Source of the DNA: Actinomycetes bacterium | GTDB taxonomy: Bacteria > Actinomycetota > Actinomycetes > JBOGEN01 | Length of the DNA: 64,000 nt | Direction: 5' to 3' | NCBI GenBank assembly: GCA_050743265.1 | Contig: JBOGEN010000203.1 | Span: 16,907 to 80,906 of the forward strand | Shown here: piece after piece, positions 38,226 to 47,978 of the stretch | How the letters are laid out: every line of letters begins with the position of its first letter | Position numbering within the stretch: position 1 is the stretch's first letter | Made by a program: the position numbers and the translations under genes | The notes under the pieces: generated by a model | The model's input: the letters and a program-made list of their open reading frames with translations, nothing else | The model's database searches: none | What the model was told of the DNA's origin: nothing

Positions 38226-38472
38226 AGCGTCCACCTCCCAAAGTCGAAAGGGACGCTAAGACGGGCGTGTTACCCCCAGGTCACATCCAGGCGCACCACG
38301 GAAAACTCCGTCGCACCGTGGCCACCCACGGGTGTGAGAACACACGGACGCCGCTGTGCAGCCGGGGGACCATCCGGATGGACGCGAGGAGCCCGCGAAG
38401 GACCGCACCTCATCCCACACCCGAGCCTCGACGTCGCCCGGCGCCGGTGCGAGAGGAGAAGGCGGAGGCGTC

Positions 38473-39210
38473 TTACAGAGTGCGGGCGTTGTCTTCTCCG
38501 GCGCGGAGGAACAGCTCGGAGCGACGGAGTCGGAACTCGGTCGGGAGGACCTGGATGTCCCTGATGCGGTCGATTCGGAAGGAGCGGATGTCGTCACGGA
38601 GGCGGTCCCAGGTGAGCGCGTACCAGATGGGGACGTTGTAGTAGAGGAACTGCAGCTCGATCTCGCGTTCGCTGAGGGTTCCGTGTTGGTCCTGGTACCG
38701 GATCAGGGCGAGCCGCTGGTTTGCGAAGGCGTCGAGCAGCGGTTTGGTCAGCCCCGCTGCCGGTGCGACGTAGGTTGCCAACACCCGATCCGAGGCCAGC
38801 TCACCGACGAGGACGCGGCGCCGCATGGCGAGGATTCGTCGCGCCTGGGTGGGCGCGAACGCTGCGCTGACCTTGCGTACGATCGAGCGTGAGTCCTCGA
38901 GCAGGAGTGGGGAACCCACCTTCTCGGCGATGGTCAGGCTGACCAGCAGCCCAACGGCTTCCGACTGGTTGAGGTGTACCCGGCCCAGGGACCAGCCCTG
39001 CTCCAGGCGAAGGCCCCCGCCCCTCCCGCGATCGGCATCGATCGGTGTGCCGAGATCGCGGAGGACCGCCAAGTCGCGATGCATGGTCCTCACGCTGACC
39101 CCGAGCTCGCCAGCCAGCTCCGCCGCGGTCGTGTAGTCGCGTTCGGCCAGCTGGATCTTCAGCGCCTCCAGCCGCTCGATCCGGCTTCGCCCGGCCCGCC
39201 CGCTGACCAC
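38473..39210 (-). CDS. YafY/PafBC-like HTH + WYL-domain transcriptional regulator
   Basis: The HTH is YTTAAELAGELGVSVRTMHRDLAVL. The WYL region is LIRYQDQHGTLSEREIELQFLYYNVPIWYALTWDRLRDDIRSFRIDRI. The long N-terminal ORF-track extension is antisense to the divergent ABM gene and is rejected. Confidence 0.7.
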   Translation of the reverse strand: MVSGRAGRSRIERLEALKIQLAERDYTTAAELAGELGVSVRTMHRDLAVLRDLGTPIDADRGRGGGLRLEQGWSLGRVHLNQSEAVGLLVSLTIAEKVGSPLLLEDSRSIVRKVSAAFAPTQARRILAMRRRVLVGELASDRVLATYVAPAAGLTKPLLDAFANQRLALIRYQDQHGTLSEREIELQFLYYNVPIWYALTWDRLRDDIRSFRIDRIRDIQVLPTEFRLRRSELFLRAGEDNARTL

Positions 39211-39279
39211 CCAACAAATATGACAGTGGGAGTCATGTTTGTCACTACCGTGGGGCCATCGACGGAAGGAGCACCCACC

Positions 39280-39576
39280 ATGCACATCGCGGTCGCGCCG
39301 TTCACGCTCAAGCCCGGCATCACACAGGAAGCACTGCTGCGCCGGTCGGACGACTTCGAGGAGAAGTTCGTCCAGAAGCAGGACGGCATCCTCAAGCGGA
39401 TCCTCGTCCAGGACGCCGAGGGCAGCTACGCCGACATTGTGTTCTTCGAGGACCAGGAAGCCATCGACCGCGTGGTCGAGGCCGAGCAGAACAGCGAGGT
39501 CTGCGCCGCGTTCTTCTCGATCATGGAAGACGACGGCTCTCACCGCGTCTACGAGGCCCTCAAGACCTACGAGTGA
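39280..39576 (+). CDS. ABM/Dabb-type antibiotic-biosynthesis-monooxygenase-like small protein
   Basis: The ATG MHIAVAPFTLKPG has GGAAGGAG 9 nt upstream. At 98 aa the size is right for a ferredoxin-like alpha+beta barrel. Confidence 0.55.
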   Translation: MHIAVAPFTLKPGITQEALLRRSDDFEEKFVQKQDGILKRILVQDAEGSYADIVFFEDQEAIDRVVEAEQNSEVCAAFFSIMEDDGSHRVYEALKTYE

Positions 39577-40720
39577 TGGCAGCGCCACGGGTTCCCCTCA
39601 AGGAGCAGCTGCTCAACCACGACAAGGTCTCGCTGATCGCGGCCGAGCTCAAGGGCGTGCATGCCGCGTTCAGAAAGGACGAGTTCGTCCACCACGTGCT
39701 GGACAAGTTCCCGGAACTCGAACTCAAGGCCCGCATCGCCTGGATCGCCACATGCCTGGAGGCACACCTGCCGGGCGACTACCGGCGGGCAGTGGGCATC
39801 ATCCTCCGCTCACTGCCCGCCCCCAACGATCCGTCGCTCTCCGACGGCGACTTCGGCGACTTCATCTATGCCCTCTACGCCGAGCTCGTCGCCCGGCAGG
39901 GATGCACTCAGGGCGACCTGGAGTTCTCGCTCAGCGCCCTCCGTGAACTCACCATGCGCTTCTCGGCGGAAGACGCGATCAGGCCGTTCATCAACGCGTT
40001 CCCCGACGACGTGCTGGCCGCGCTCAGCTCCTGGACCGGCGATGAGCACTACCACGTCCGCAGGCTCTGCAGCGAAGGCACGCGACCCAAGCTCCCCTGG
40101 TCGAAGGCGCTGGAGACCCCGCCGGAGGCCGCCATCCCCATTCTCGACAAGCTCTACTGCGACTCGACACGGTTCGTCACCCGGTCCGTCGCCAACCACA
40201 TCAACGACATCTCCAAACTCGACGCGGAACTCGCGGTCGACACCCTCGAACGATGGACGAAAGCCGGACGGCAGCACCAACACGAGATGGACTACCTCGT
40301 CCGACACGCAACGAGGTCACTGACCAAGGCGGGACACCCCCGAGCACTCGCGCTCATCGGCATCCCGCCGCACGCACCCGTCGCGGTATCGCGACTCGCA
40401 GTCGCCAAGCGCGTCGAACTCGACACCGCACTCGAGTTCTCGTTCGACATCCACGCGAGCGAGGACGCCGAGGTCATCGCCGACTACGCCATCTACTACC
40501 CGGGCAGCTCAGGCAAGCTGACCCGGCGCAAGATCTCAAGCTCAGACGGCTCTCCCTCGCCAAGGGCGAGCCGCACACGGTCAGCAAGCGCCACACGCTC
40601 CGTGGCGACATGACGACACAGGCCATTCGCCCCGGGCGGCACGAACTGGAACTGCTCATCAACGGCAACCCCAAGGGCAGGCGTGCCTTCCAGGTCCTTG
40701 AAGCCTCTACCAGCCCATGA
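39576..40720 (+). CDS. DNA alkylation repair protein (AlkD-like HEAT-repeat glycosylase family) with an apparent -1 frameshift near the 3' end (~40525)
   Basis: TGATG couples it to the ABM gene. The N-terminal 310 aa are in one frame. The expected C-terminus, KLRRLSLAKGEPHTVSKRHTLRGDMTTQAIRPGRHELELLINGNPKG...*, is in the +1 frame and ends at 40720. Confidence 0.6.
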
Positions 40721-41049
40721 CAGCCCCGAGTCAGCGACCCGCGCCCCTCAATCCACAGACACCGGCGAGACAGTCGACCCGGACCAACTGGCCGAGTACG
40801 AACGCCGGCTCGACGCGCTCGACCGCGGACGGCTCACCCGGCAACGCGAAGCCTGCAAGCAGCTTCAGGCCGAGCGCGTGGCGCCGACCCGGGCTACCGT
40901 CACCCGAGGGCCTGCCAGCTCCTCGACCATGGCTGGCGCGACTGGCCTGCTCAGAAGGGGGGAACGGCGGAGAGGCATGAGCACGACCCCCACCGTTCAA
41001 GGCGCACGCCCCACGTGGGAACTCCGCGCGTCACGCCGTGGCCTACCGG

Positions 41050-41991
41050 CTAGGTCAGATCGAACTCTGCCCACACTGGGCGGTGGTCCGACCCCGCCGC
41101 GTCCCTGCGCTCCCCAGGGTCCTCGGTGACCGATCCGACCTGGGTAGCCACGGTGCTCACGGTCTTCACCCGACCCACCAGCGCATGGCTGACCAACAGA
41201 TGATCGATGAGCTCACCACGGCCCTCGAAGACACGAGAGAACCGCTGCTCCACCGGGATCAGCGGCGCCAGGTTCCACAACCGCGACCCGTCGCCCCGGT
41301 CGGCCCGGTCGAACCCGCCCCCGCCCAGCTCCGAACCCGGAGGGCCCTGCAGCGACTGGGTCGTGGCCGCTTCCGGCTCGTCGTTGAGGTCCCCGGCCAC
41401 CACGACGGCGCGGCGACGCCCATCTGCGGCAAGGAGCCCCGTGACGTAGGCCCGTACGGCCGCCGCCTCACCCGCCCGCCGATGCAGCGCGTAGACGCCG
41501 CAGCGGACCCGCTCGTCCTCGTCGAGAGGGTGGAACCGACCACCCGGGAAGGTCAACAGCTTGCTCTTCAGATGGCTGCTGACCACGTCGATCCCGACCC
41601 CTTCGACCTCGGCGTGGACCCGCAGCGCCGGCCGGCCCATCGCTGCGATGGTGGAGCCGTCGTCACCGACCTGGATGGGCAGCAGCCGGTCCGGGAAGGC
41701 CACCACCTGCTCAACTTCGCTCAACGGGAACCGGGAAAGCACCCCGACCCGAATACCACGCCCATCCGGGCCGGCCAACGCCGTGTGCCAGGTGCCGCCA
41801 AGCCTGCCCACCAAGTCGCCCAAGGCTGCCGGCTGGCCCACCTCTTGCACCGCCAACACATCCGGCGCCAGCCCGGTGATGGTCTCGGCCAGCGAGTCCA
41901 GCTTGGCCTCGTAGGCCGCACCCGAGGACGGACCGGCCTCCACGCCCGGACGGAACAGGTTCTCCACATTCCATGTGGCGATGACGACCAT
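41050..41991 (-). CDS. endonuclease/exonuclease/phosphatase (EEP) family protein
   Basis: The ATG MVVIATWNVENLF is followed by LAVQEV, SDHRPVWAEF and other EEP catalytic motifs. Confidence 0.7.
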   Translation of the reverse strand: MVVIATWNVENLFRPGVEAGPSSGAAYEAKLDSLAETITGLAPDVLAVQEVGQPAALGDLVGRLGGTWHTALAGPDGRGIRVGVLSRFPLSEVEQVVAFPDRLLPIQVGDDGSTIAAMGRPALRVHAEVEGVGIDVVSSHLKSKLLTFPGGRFHPLDEDERVRCGVYALHRRAGEAAAVRAYVTGLLAADGRRRAVVVAGDLNDEPEAATTQSLQGPPGSELGGGGFDRADRGDGSRLWNLAPLIPVEQRFSRVFEGRGELIDHLLVSHALVGRVKTVSTVATQVGSVTEDPGERRDAAGSDHRPVWAEFDLT

Positions 41992-42275
41992 CACGCCCCC
42001 CAAGGTCAGCCGCTTCGCACCCCGCAGAGCCTAAGACCTCCGACCCAACCACCTCGCGACGTCGGCGGCGACAACCGGCGCGCCGCCGGCGGTCGCATCT
42101 GAGATGCGGTCGGCGAGGTCGGAGACGCCGGTGGCCCCCGGTGCGGCACGCTCGTCCCGTTGAACGCGCGGCACCCGGGCATCCGCTGACAAGAGGGCGT
42201 CCGCGAGGTCGACAGCCCAGAACACGGGAAGCACGCTCTTGATGGGCGAGGGCTCTGGCTGGTGCCGTCCGCGGT

Positions 42276-42500
42276 GTGGTCCCGGCCAGGCGTGGCGCTG
42301 CACTGGGAACAACCCGCCCTCACACGGACCGCAGGCAGGCCGTTCTCGGCGTCACGCGCTCCCGGATCATGAGGACGCTCGCAGAGCGGGCCCACACCAC
42401 TAGCAGCCTTTCCGCCTCGGTGGGGATCAGCCCCGCCTCGGCGTCCACCCACGCCGCTGCCCTGCCAGAAGACGGTGGCTATGACCGACACGCCACTTAA
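42276..42500 (+). pseudogene. ArsR-family HTH regulator fragment
   Basis: RIMRTLAERAHTTSSLSASVGISPASASTHAAAL resembles the ArsR recognition helix region LGLSQSTVSHHL. It is truncated to about 70 aa and has no proper start. Confidence 0.3.
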
Positions 42501-42786
42501 CGTCCTCCGTATTGAACTCAGTCATACAGTGCTGACTCTGTAGACCGCGCGGGGACGGTTTCTGACCCCCGTAGGTCGTTGCCGGGGCCGCCGTAGCCGA
42601 CGTCGCGTCCCACGTCCTGGAGTCGTGGCTCGTCGTTGTGGCCCGTTTGTGGCCAGGTTCGAGTCCGGCCTCAGAGTCTCGGATCGACGGGCTCGGACTC
42701 CAGGGCGAGGACGGCGAAGACCGCTTGGTGCACCTTCCAGAGTGCCTCGTGGTCAACAAAGGCCGTGAGTGCTTCGAGTCCCAGCT

Positions 42787-43975
42787 TCAGTCATCGTTGC
42801 CCTCCCTCCGGGTGAAGATCGCCATCTGCGTCGGGGCGCCGAGGGCTTCGTCCAGGTCCCAGATGCCTCGGCGCTCGACCTGGTAGCCGTAGGTCGTGGC
42901 GACGCGGTCGGACCACTCGGAGAACTCCGCGCGGGTCCACTCGAACCGGTGGTCGGGGTGCCGCCTGCCCACGAGCCCTTCGTAGAGCACGTTGTACTCG
43001 CTGTTGGGAGTGGTCACGATGACAGCGCCAGGCTTGGCCGTATCGAATACGACGCGTTCGAGGGCCTCCAGCCGCGGAAGGTCGACATGCTCGACGACTT
43101 CCATCAGCACGGCGGCGTCGAAGCCGGCGAACCGCTCGTCCTCGTAGGTGAGGGCGCTCTGGAACAGCTCGACACGCGCGGCTTGCCGCTCGCTCATCTG
43201 CTCGACGCGCAGACGTCGTGCGGCGTACTGCAGGGACCGGGCAGACACGTCGGATCCGACGATCCGAGTGAACGCTGGGGTCTTGACCAGTCCGTCGAGG
43301 AGCTGACCCGGGCCGCAGCCCAAATCGATGACGGACTTGGCCCCCAGTTCGAGCAGGACCTGGTGGACCGCTTGGTGCCGTTGGGTGTTGAGCGGCATCC
43401 GCTTCTCCTCCGGCTGCAGGACTTCCTCGTCCACGGCCGGCTCGAGGGCGGACTCGTCCTCGTCGCCGAGCTCGGCGAGCCGGGCGAGCGCGACGCGGGT
43501 CAGTCCGCCACGGCGGCCGAGGTAGCGGCGGGTGATGAGGTTCGCGTCCGGGTGGGTGGCGAGCCAGCCCACGCCCGACCGCATGAGCTTGTCGACCTCC
43601 TCGGGGCTTTGCCAGTAGTGCTTGGACTCATCCAGCACCGGCAACAAGACGTACAACTGGTTCAGCGCATCGGCGAGCCGCACCGTGCCACTCCGCCATG
43701 GCCACTCCCAGCAGGGACGAGGCGGCGTAGGACCGGTCGTTGACGTACTGGGCGAGGCTGAAGTCCGGGGCGTTCTTGGCGCGGGACCTCGCAAGGCGGA
43801 TCGGGTCGACGTCGAGCATGAGCGCGACGGTGCAGCGCTCCTCGGTCGCTTCCGGGTAGAAGACCGTCGCCGTGCCGAACGACTGCTTGAAATCCTGCAC
43901 GCGATCGGGGTGCTTGTGCAGGAGGTAGCCGAGGTCGGTCGCCGGCTGGTGGGTCGTCGACACGGTCAGAAGCAC
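42787..43975 (-). pseudogene. hen1: hen1 (bacterial RNA 3'-terminal 2'-O-methyltransferase) remnant with an internal deletion and frameshift; no adjacent pnkp
   Basis: The N-frame reads LLTVSTTHQPATDLGYLLHKHPDRVQDF...YVNDRSYAASSLLGVA and stops at 43628. The C-frame from 43794 reads RLADALNQLYVLLPVLDESKHYW...VIDLGCGPG...VEHV. The two frames are joined by only about 10 codons, where intact Hen1 has about 100 aa. Confidence 0.55.
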
Positions 43976-44070
43976 GCGCTCAGTCTGCCCGAATAGGGCG
44001 ACCCCCTTTCGGTCTGTAGCCGATAGTCCCGATCCCGGGGAATCAGTCCGTCGACTCGAAGGCTGAAGGA

Positions 44071-44274
44071 ATGCCGCCGCCAAGTCACGCCAGCCCTCAG
44101 ACCGGTCCTGGTGATCGTCGGCGCTCAGGACGCGATGCTCGACTCGCTCGACACCGCTCGGCGGCTGGACCAGTGCTTCCCCAGGCGACCGTCCGCCTCC
44201 TCCCCGATGTCGGGCACTCCGTCGTCGGCCAGACAGCCCCGATCCTCGACTTCCTGCACGATCGCCAGACCTGA
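44071..44274 (+). pseudogene. C-terminal fragment of an alpha/beta hydrolase
   Basis: PVLVIVGAQDAMLDSLDTARRLDQCFP and LLPDVGHSVVGQTAPILDFLH sit in two different frames. They match the catalytic-His tail of alpha/beta hydrolases. There is no upstream body. Confidence 0.3.
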
Positions 44275-44282
44275 CTCGTTCG

Positions 44283-45248
44283 TCAGCTGCCCTCCGGCAT
44301 CCGGATGCCCGAGGCGGCCGCCGGACGATGTGTGAACCGTGCGGTGACCACCGCCTTCTCGCGCACGGACAGCGTCACCTCGGTGAACCCGGCACGCCGC
44401 CCACGTCGCAGTGACCGGGCCTGCACGCCCATCTCGCGACCGTCGGCCGGGCGAAGGTACTGCGCGTACCCGTCGGACAGGGCCCACTCCGGCCCCATCA
44501 CGGCCTCTGCCGCAGCCGCCGCGATGCCGTACAACGCGCCTCCTTGCACGTGGCCGACCCGGTTGCCCACCGCACGCGTCACGGGGACCACGCCGCACAG
44601 CGCACCGTCCTCGCGCTCCTCGAGCGCCCGGGGCTCGGTCAGCAGTGCCGCGACGGAGCACGTCCGTGCCCGGGCCTGGGTCTCGAGGCTCTGGACCTCC
44701 GCCACGGCCTCCCGCTCCTGCGCGTCCAGGTCGTCGGGGACCAGGACAGGAAGCGCGACGTCCGCATCGGACTCCCACGGCAAGGGCGCGAGCACACGTC
44801 CGTCGGGGGACGGCAGGACGACGAACCACCCGTGCGCAGCGAGCACGGGCTGCCCACCGGAGTCCTCGACCGTGCAGTGTGTGTGCCCATCCCCCGGATC
44901 GCCGGTGGACCAGAGAACCCGCGCGGTCGCGGTGAGCCGTCCCGGCGCGGGCTCCCGGAGATGGTGCAGGCTCAGCGACGTCGTCCCCAGCCGCAGGCCG
45001 GCGCCGAGCGCACTGCGTACCGCCGAGCCCATCGCCAGGTCCGCCAGGCTCGCCAGCTCTCCCGGGGAGCCGGCGCACCCGGTGCCCGGGGAGGTCTGCG
45101 GGTCGAGGACCAGCCGCTCGCCCGCGCCTCCCGGGGCACCGATTCCCAGGAAGTGTCCGTAGAAGTGCATGCCGAGCGCTCGGGTGCGGGCGACTGCGAC
45201 GAGTGCCCGGTCGCGGACGGCGAGGCTTGGGTCCACTGACGTGTGCAT
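44283..45248 (-). CDS. tandem hotdog-fold (PaaI/4HBT-type) thioesterase family protein
   Basis: The second domain carries HVQGGALYGIAAAAAE and the first has a similar fold. The start was chosen at the ATG MHTSVD. The ORF-track 5' extension is unsupported. Confidence 0.6.
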   Translation of the reverse strand: MHTSVDPSLAVRDRALVAVARTRALGMHFYGHFLGIGAPGGAGERLVLDPQTSPGTGCAGSPGELASLADLAMGSAVRSALGAGLRLGTTSLSLHHLREPAPGRLTATARVLWSTGDPGDGHTHCTVEDSGGQPVLAAHGWFVVLPSPDGRVLAPLPWESDADVALPVLVPDDLDAQEREAVAEVQSLETQARARTCSVAALLTEPRALEEREDGALCGVVPVTRAVGNRVGHVQGGALYGIAAAAAEAVMGPEWALSDGYAQYLRPADGREMGVQARSLRRGRRAGFTEVTLSVREKAVVTARFTHRPAAASGIRMPEGS

Positions 45249-45295
45249 GCTGATCCTCATCTGGTGAAGGGGCTGCCGGTTCTGCGCGGGCAGCG

Positions 45296-46156
45296 TCAGA
45301 TGCGGTACGGCGATGCTGTGCCGCAGTACGACTGCACCATCTCGTCCGTCGCGCCGAGCGCCTCGGAGACGGCCCACGCGGTGTCGCGTAGGCGTGGTCC
45401 GAGTGTGCGCATCCGCTCGACGGGCATCCGTATCTCGGGTCCGCTGACGCTGAGGCAGCCCACCACGAAGCCCCGGTGGTCGAAGATCGCGGCTGCGACG
45501 GTGTGGATGCCGGGGGTCCGCTCGGCGAACGACGTCGTGTACCCGGCGCGTCTGGCCTGCGCCATCTCGTCCCGAAGCGCCTCGCTGTCGGTCACGGTCG
45601 CGGGGGTCACATGCCGGATCGGACGCTGCAGCACAGCCTCTGCACGGTCCTGGGGCAGAAAGGCCAGCAGGACCTTCCCCGGCGCGCCGTAGGGCAGGGG
45701 GATGGGGACGCCGAGCTCGGTGTAGGTCCTTCGCAGGGGTTGATGGCTCTCGGCCTGGTCGACGACGACGCGCTCGTCGGTGGGGAGCAGCGCGTGCAGG
45801 CCGACCGTCTCGTCGACGTCGTCGCGTAGTGCGGTCATCGGCGGCATCGCGGCCTTGCGCAGCGTCGTGGTCACGGTGTCGCCGCGTACGAGCTGGGCGA
45901 GCAGCGGGCCGGGCGCGTAGCGGCGGTCTGGAGCCTGCCGGACGATCATGTTGTGCTGCATCGCGGCGAGGAGCCGGTGGGCGGTGCTCGTCGTGAGCCC
46001 GGTGGTACGGGCGATCTCGGAGAGAGTCAGGTCCCCGTGCCGGTCCACGAAGCAGCGGAGGATCGCTGCCGCCCTGTCGATGGACTGGACGCGGCCCGCG
46101 GGCCCGCTCCCGGGGGTGTCCGGGCCCGGTGACCGCTCCTGCGCCTGGTCGCTCAT
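45296..46156 (-). CDS. IclR-family transcriptional regulator
   Basis: The HTH is LTLSEIARTTGLTTSTAHRLLAAM and an IclR effector domain follows. The ATG MSDQAQ was chosen as the start. Confidence 0.8.
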   Translation of the reverse strand: MSDQAQERSPGPDTPGSGPAGRVQSIDRAAAILRCFVDRHGDLTLSEIARTTGLTTSTAHRLLAAMQHNMIVRQAPDRRYAPGPLLAQLVRGDTVTTTLRKAAMPPMTALRDDVDETVGLHALLPTDERVVVDQAESHQPLRRTYTELGVPIPLPYGAPGKVLLAFLPQDRAEAVLQRPIRHVTPATVTDSEALRDEMAQARRAGYTTSFAERTPGIHTVAAAIFDHRGFVVGCLSVSGPEIRMPVERMRTLGPRLRDTAWAVSEALGATDEMVQSYCGTASPYRI

Positions 46157-46230
46157 GTCGGGTTGGTGCACGGAGCTGGCATCCCCAATGTCGGCTTCAT
46201 CCCTTGACGGGTGTGGTCGAGAGGCGTAAT

Positions 46231-46270
46231 TTTCCCGAATCGCAACAACAGTATCCCACATAGCGGGAAA
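46231..46270. promoter_or_regulatory. inverted repeat TTTCCCGA-N24-CGGGAAA in the IclR/CoA-transferase divergent promoter region; candidate IclR operator
   Basis: tttcccgaatcgcaacaacagtatcccacatagcgggaaa lies between the divergent start codons at 46156 and 46270. Confidence 0.35.
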
Positions 46271-47502
46271 TGGTGAGGATGGCCGTGCTCCCTCTGGATG
46301 GCTTCCGGGTGCTGGATCTGACTCGGTTCCTCTCCGGGCCGTATGCCTCGATGGTGCTCGCGGAGCTGGGTGCGGATGTGGTGAAGGTGGAGCGGTTCCC
46401 GGAGGGGGATGACTCGCGTCGGTTGGCTCCGAAGGTGAACGGGGAGTCGTATCCGTTCGGCATGCCGAACCGGTCCAAGCGCAGTATCGCGGTGGATCTG
46501 AAGGCGGCGGCGGGGCGGGAGCTGTTCTTGCGGTTGGCGGCGGGTTCGGATCTGGTGATGGAGAACTTCCGCCCGGGGGTGGCTGCCCGGCTGGGGGTGG
46601 ACTATGCGGCGGTGAAGGCTGTCCGGCCGGATGTGATCTATGTGTCGATCAGTGGGTTCGGGCAGACGGGTCCGTATCGGGACCGGCCGGGCTTCGACAT
46701 CATGGCGCAGGGGTTGGGCGGGTTCTTGCGGATGACCGGGCAGCCGGATGGGCGTCCGGCGAAGGTGGGGATCGCGGTCAATGACATCGCCGCGGGGGCG
46801 ACGGCGATCTATTCGGTGTTGGGCGCGCAGTTGCTGCGTCAGCGCACGGGTGAGGGCCAGTACATCGACATCTCGCTGGTGGATGCGGGGCTGGCCTGGA
46901 CGGTGTGGGAGTCCGGGGCCTTTTTCGGTAGTGGGGAGTCTCCGGCGCCGACCGGGACGCGGCATCGGCGTTCGACGCCGTATCAGGCGTACCGGACCTC
47001 GGATGGGTTCGTCACGATCGGCGCGGCGAACGACCGGCTGTGGGAGCGGTTGTGCCGCGACGCGCTGCACCGCCCGCAGTGGCTAAGCGACGAGCGGTTC
47101 GTGACGTTGGCGGACCGGATGGCGCACATCGACGAGCTCGAGGCCGAGATCGAGGCGATCACCACCACCCGGAGCACGGATGAGTGGATCGAGGTGCTGG
47201 ACAAGGCCGGCATCCCGGGTGGGCCGGTGCTGACCTATGAGGAGACGTTGGCCGACCCGCATGTGCAGGCCCGCGACATGCTAGTCGACCTGGACCATCC
47301 GATCATCGGCCCGATGCGCACGATCGGCCCGGGGGCGAAGTTCTCCGACCTGGACTACGCGGTGCGCGGGCCTGCCCCGTGGCTGGGCCAGCACACCGCG
47401 CAGGTGCTGGCCGAGCGGGGGCTGGGCGAGGACGAGATCGCCCGGCTCTTCGACGACGGTGTCGTCTTCGACGCGCACCCCGACCTGCAGCCAGAGCGGT
47501 AG
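46270..47502 (+). CDS. family III CoA-transferase (CaiB/BaiF)
   Basis: RVLDLTRFLSGPYASMVLAELGADVVKVE is followed by ISGFGQTGPY. Alternative starts are 46279 and 46285. Confidence 0.85.
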   Translation: MVRMAVLPLDGFRVLDLTRFLSGPYASMVLAELGADVVKVERFPEGDDSRRLAPKVNGESYPFGMPNRSKRSIAVDLKAAAGRELFLRLAAGSDLVMENFRPGVAARLGVDYAAVKAVRPDVIYVSISGFGQTGPYRDRPGFDIMAQGLGGFLRMTGQPDGRPAKVGIAVNDIAAGATAIYSVLGAQLLRQRTGEGQYIDISLVDAGLAWTVWESGAFFGSGESPAPTGTRHRRSTPYQAYRTSDGFVTIGAANDRLWERLCRDALHRPQWLSDERFVTLADRMAHIDELEAEIEAITTTRSTDEWIEVLDKAGIPGGPVLTYEETLADPHVQARDMLVDLDHPIIGPMRTIGPGAKFSDLDYAVRGPAPWLGQHTAQVLAERGLGEDEIARLFDDGVVFDAHPDLQPER

Positions 47503-47506
47503 CCCT

Positions 47507-47863
47507 GTGTCCACCGATCTGCTTGTCGAGCGCGCCGGACCCGACGGCTCGGTCCCCACGCTGGTGCTGAACCGGCCGGACAGCCACAACGCGATCAACC
47601 TGGGCATGTACCGGGCGCTGCCCGGCCTGCTCGGCCGGATCGAGCACGACTCGAGCGTCAAGGTGCTGGTCGTGCGCGGCGCGGGTGAGAAGGCGTTCGC
47701 CTCCGGCGCGGACATCAGCGAGTTCGGCCAGGTGCGGGCGAACGCGCAGACCGCGACGGACTACAACGAGGCGGTCGCCGCCGCCGCGCGGGCGCTGGCC
47801 CTGGGCCTGGCCGACGAGATGGCGCCCGGTGAGGACCTGGACAAGCTCACCTACGAGTCGTAA
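47507..47863 (+). CDS. enoyl-CoA hydratase/isomerase (crotonase) N-terminal fragment, truncated at ~118 aa
   Basis: The GTG start reads VSTDLLVERAGPDGSVPTLVLNRPDSHNAIN...VVRGAGEKAFASGADISEF. The stop comes about 140 aa before the normal crotonase C-terminus. Confidence 0.5.
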   Translation: MSTDLLVERAGPDGSVPTLVLNRPDSHNAINLGMYRALPGLLGRIEHDSSVKVLVVRGAGEKAFASGADISEFGQVRANAQTATDYNEAVAAAARALALGLADEMAPGEDLDKLTYES

Positions 47864-47978
47864 GGGAGGGCGAACTCGCGATGTCGCTCACCGGCACCAC
47901 CTCGGGCACGATCGGCCTCCCGCGCGTCGACGCGTCGGGCAAGCGCACCTCGCCGTACGCGAGGCGAGGTGGTACGCC

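Noticed and set aside
38280-38306. GlnR-box-like GTCAC ... GAAAAC upstream of narK.
   Set aside because: The half-site spacing is 16 nt, not the canonical a-n6-b. I kept it only as a weak note in the nitrate-operon finding.
39211-39588. 126-aa N-terminal extension of the WYL-regulator ORF (MALPSLVGLEG...).
   Set aside because: It is antisense to the ABM gene and shows no homology signal. The GTG at 39210 immediately precedes the HTH.
40683-41129. Small ORFs between the AlkD-like gene and the EEP gene, for example ...VDPDQLAEYERRLDALDRGRLTRQREACKQLQAE....
   Set aside because: They have no RBS or start context and no family resemblance, and their composition is biased. They could be a short hypothetical protein, but support is insufficient.
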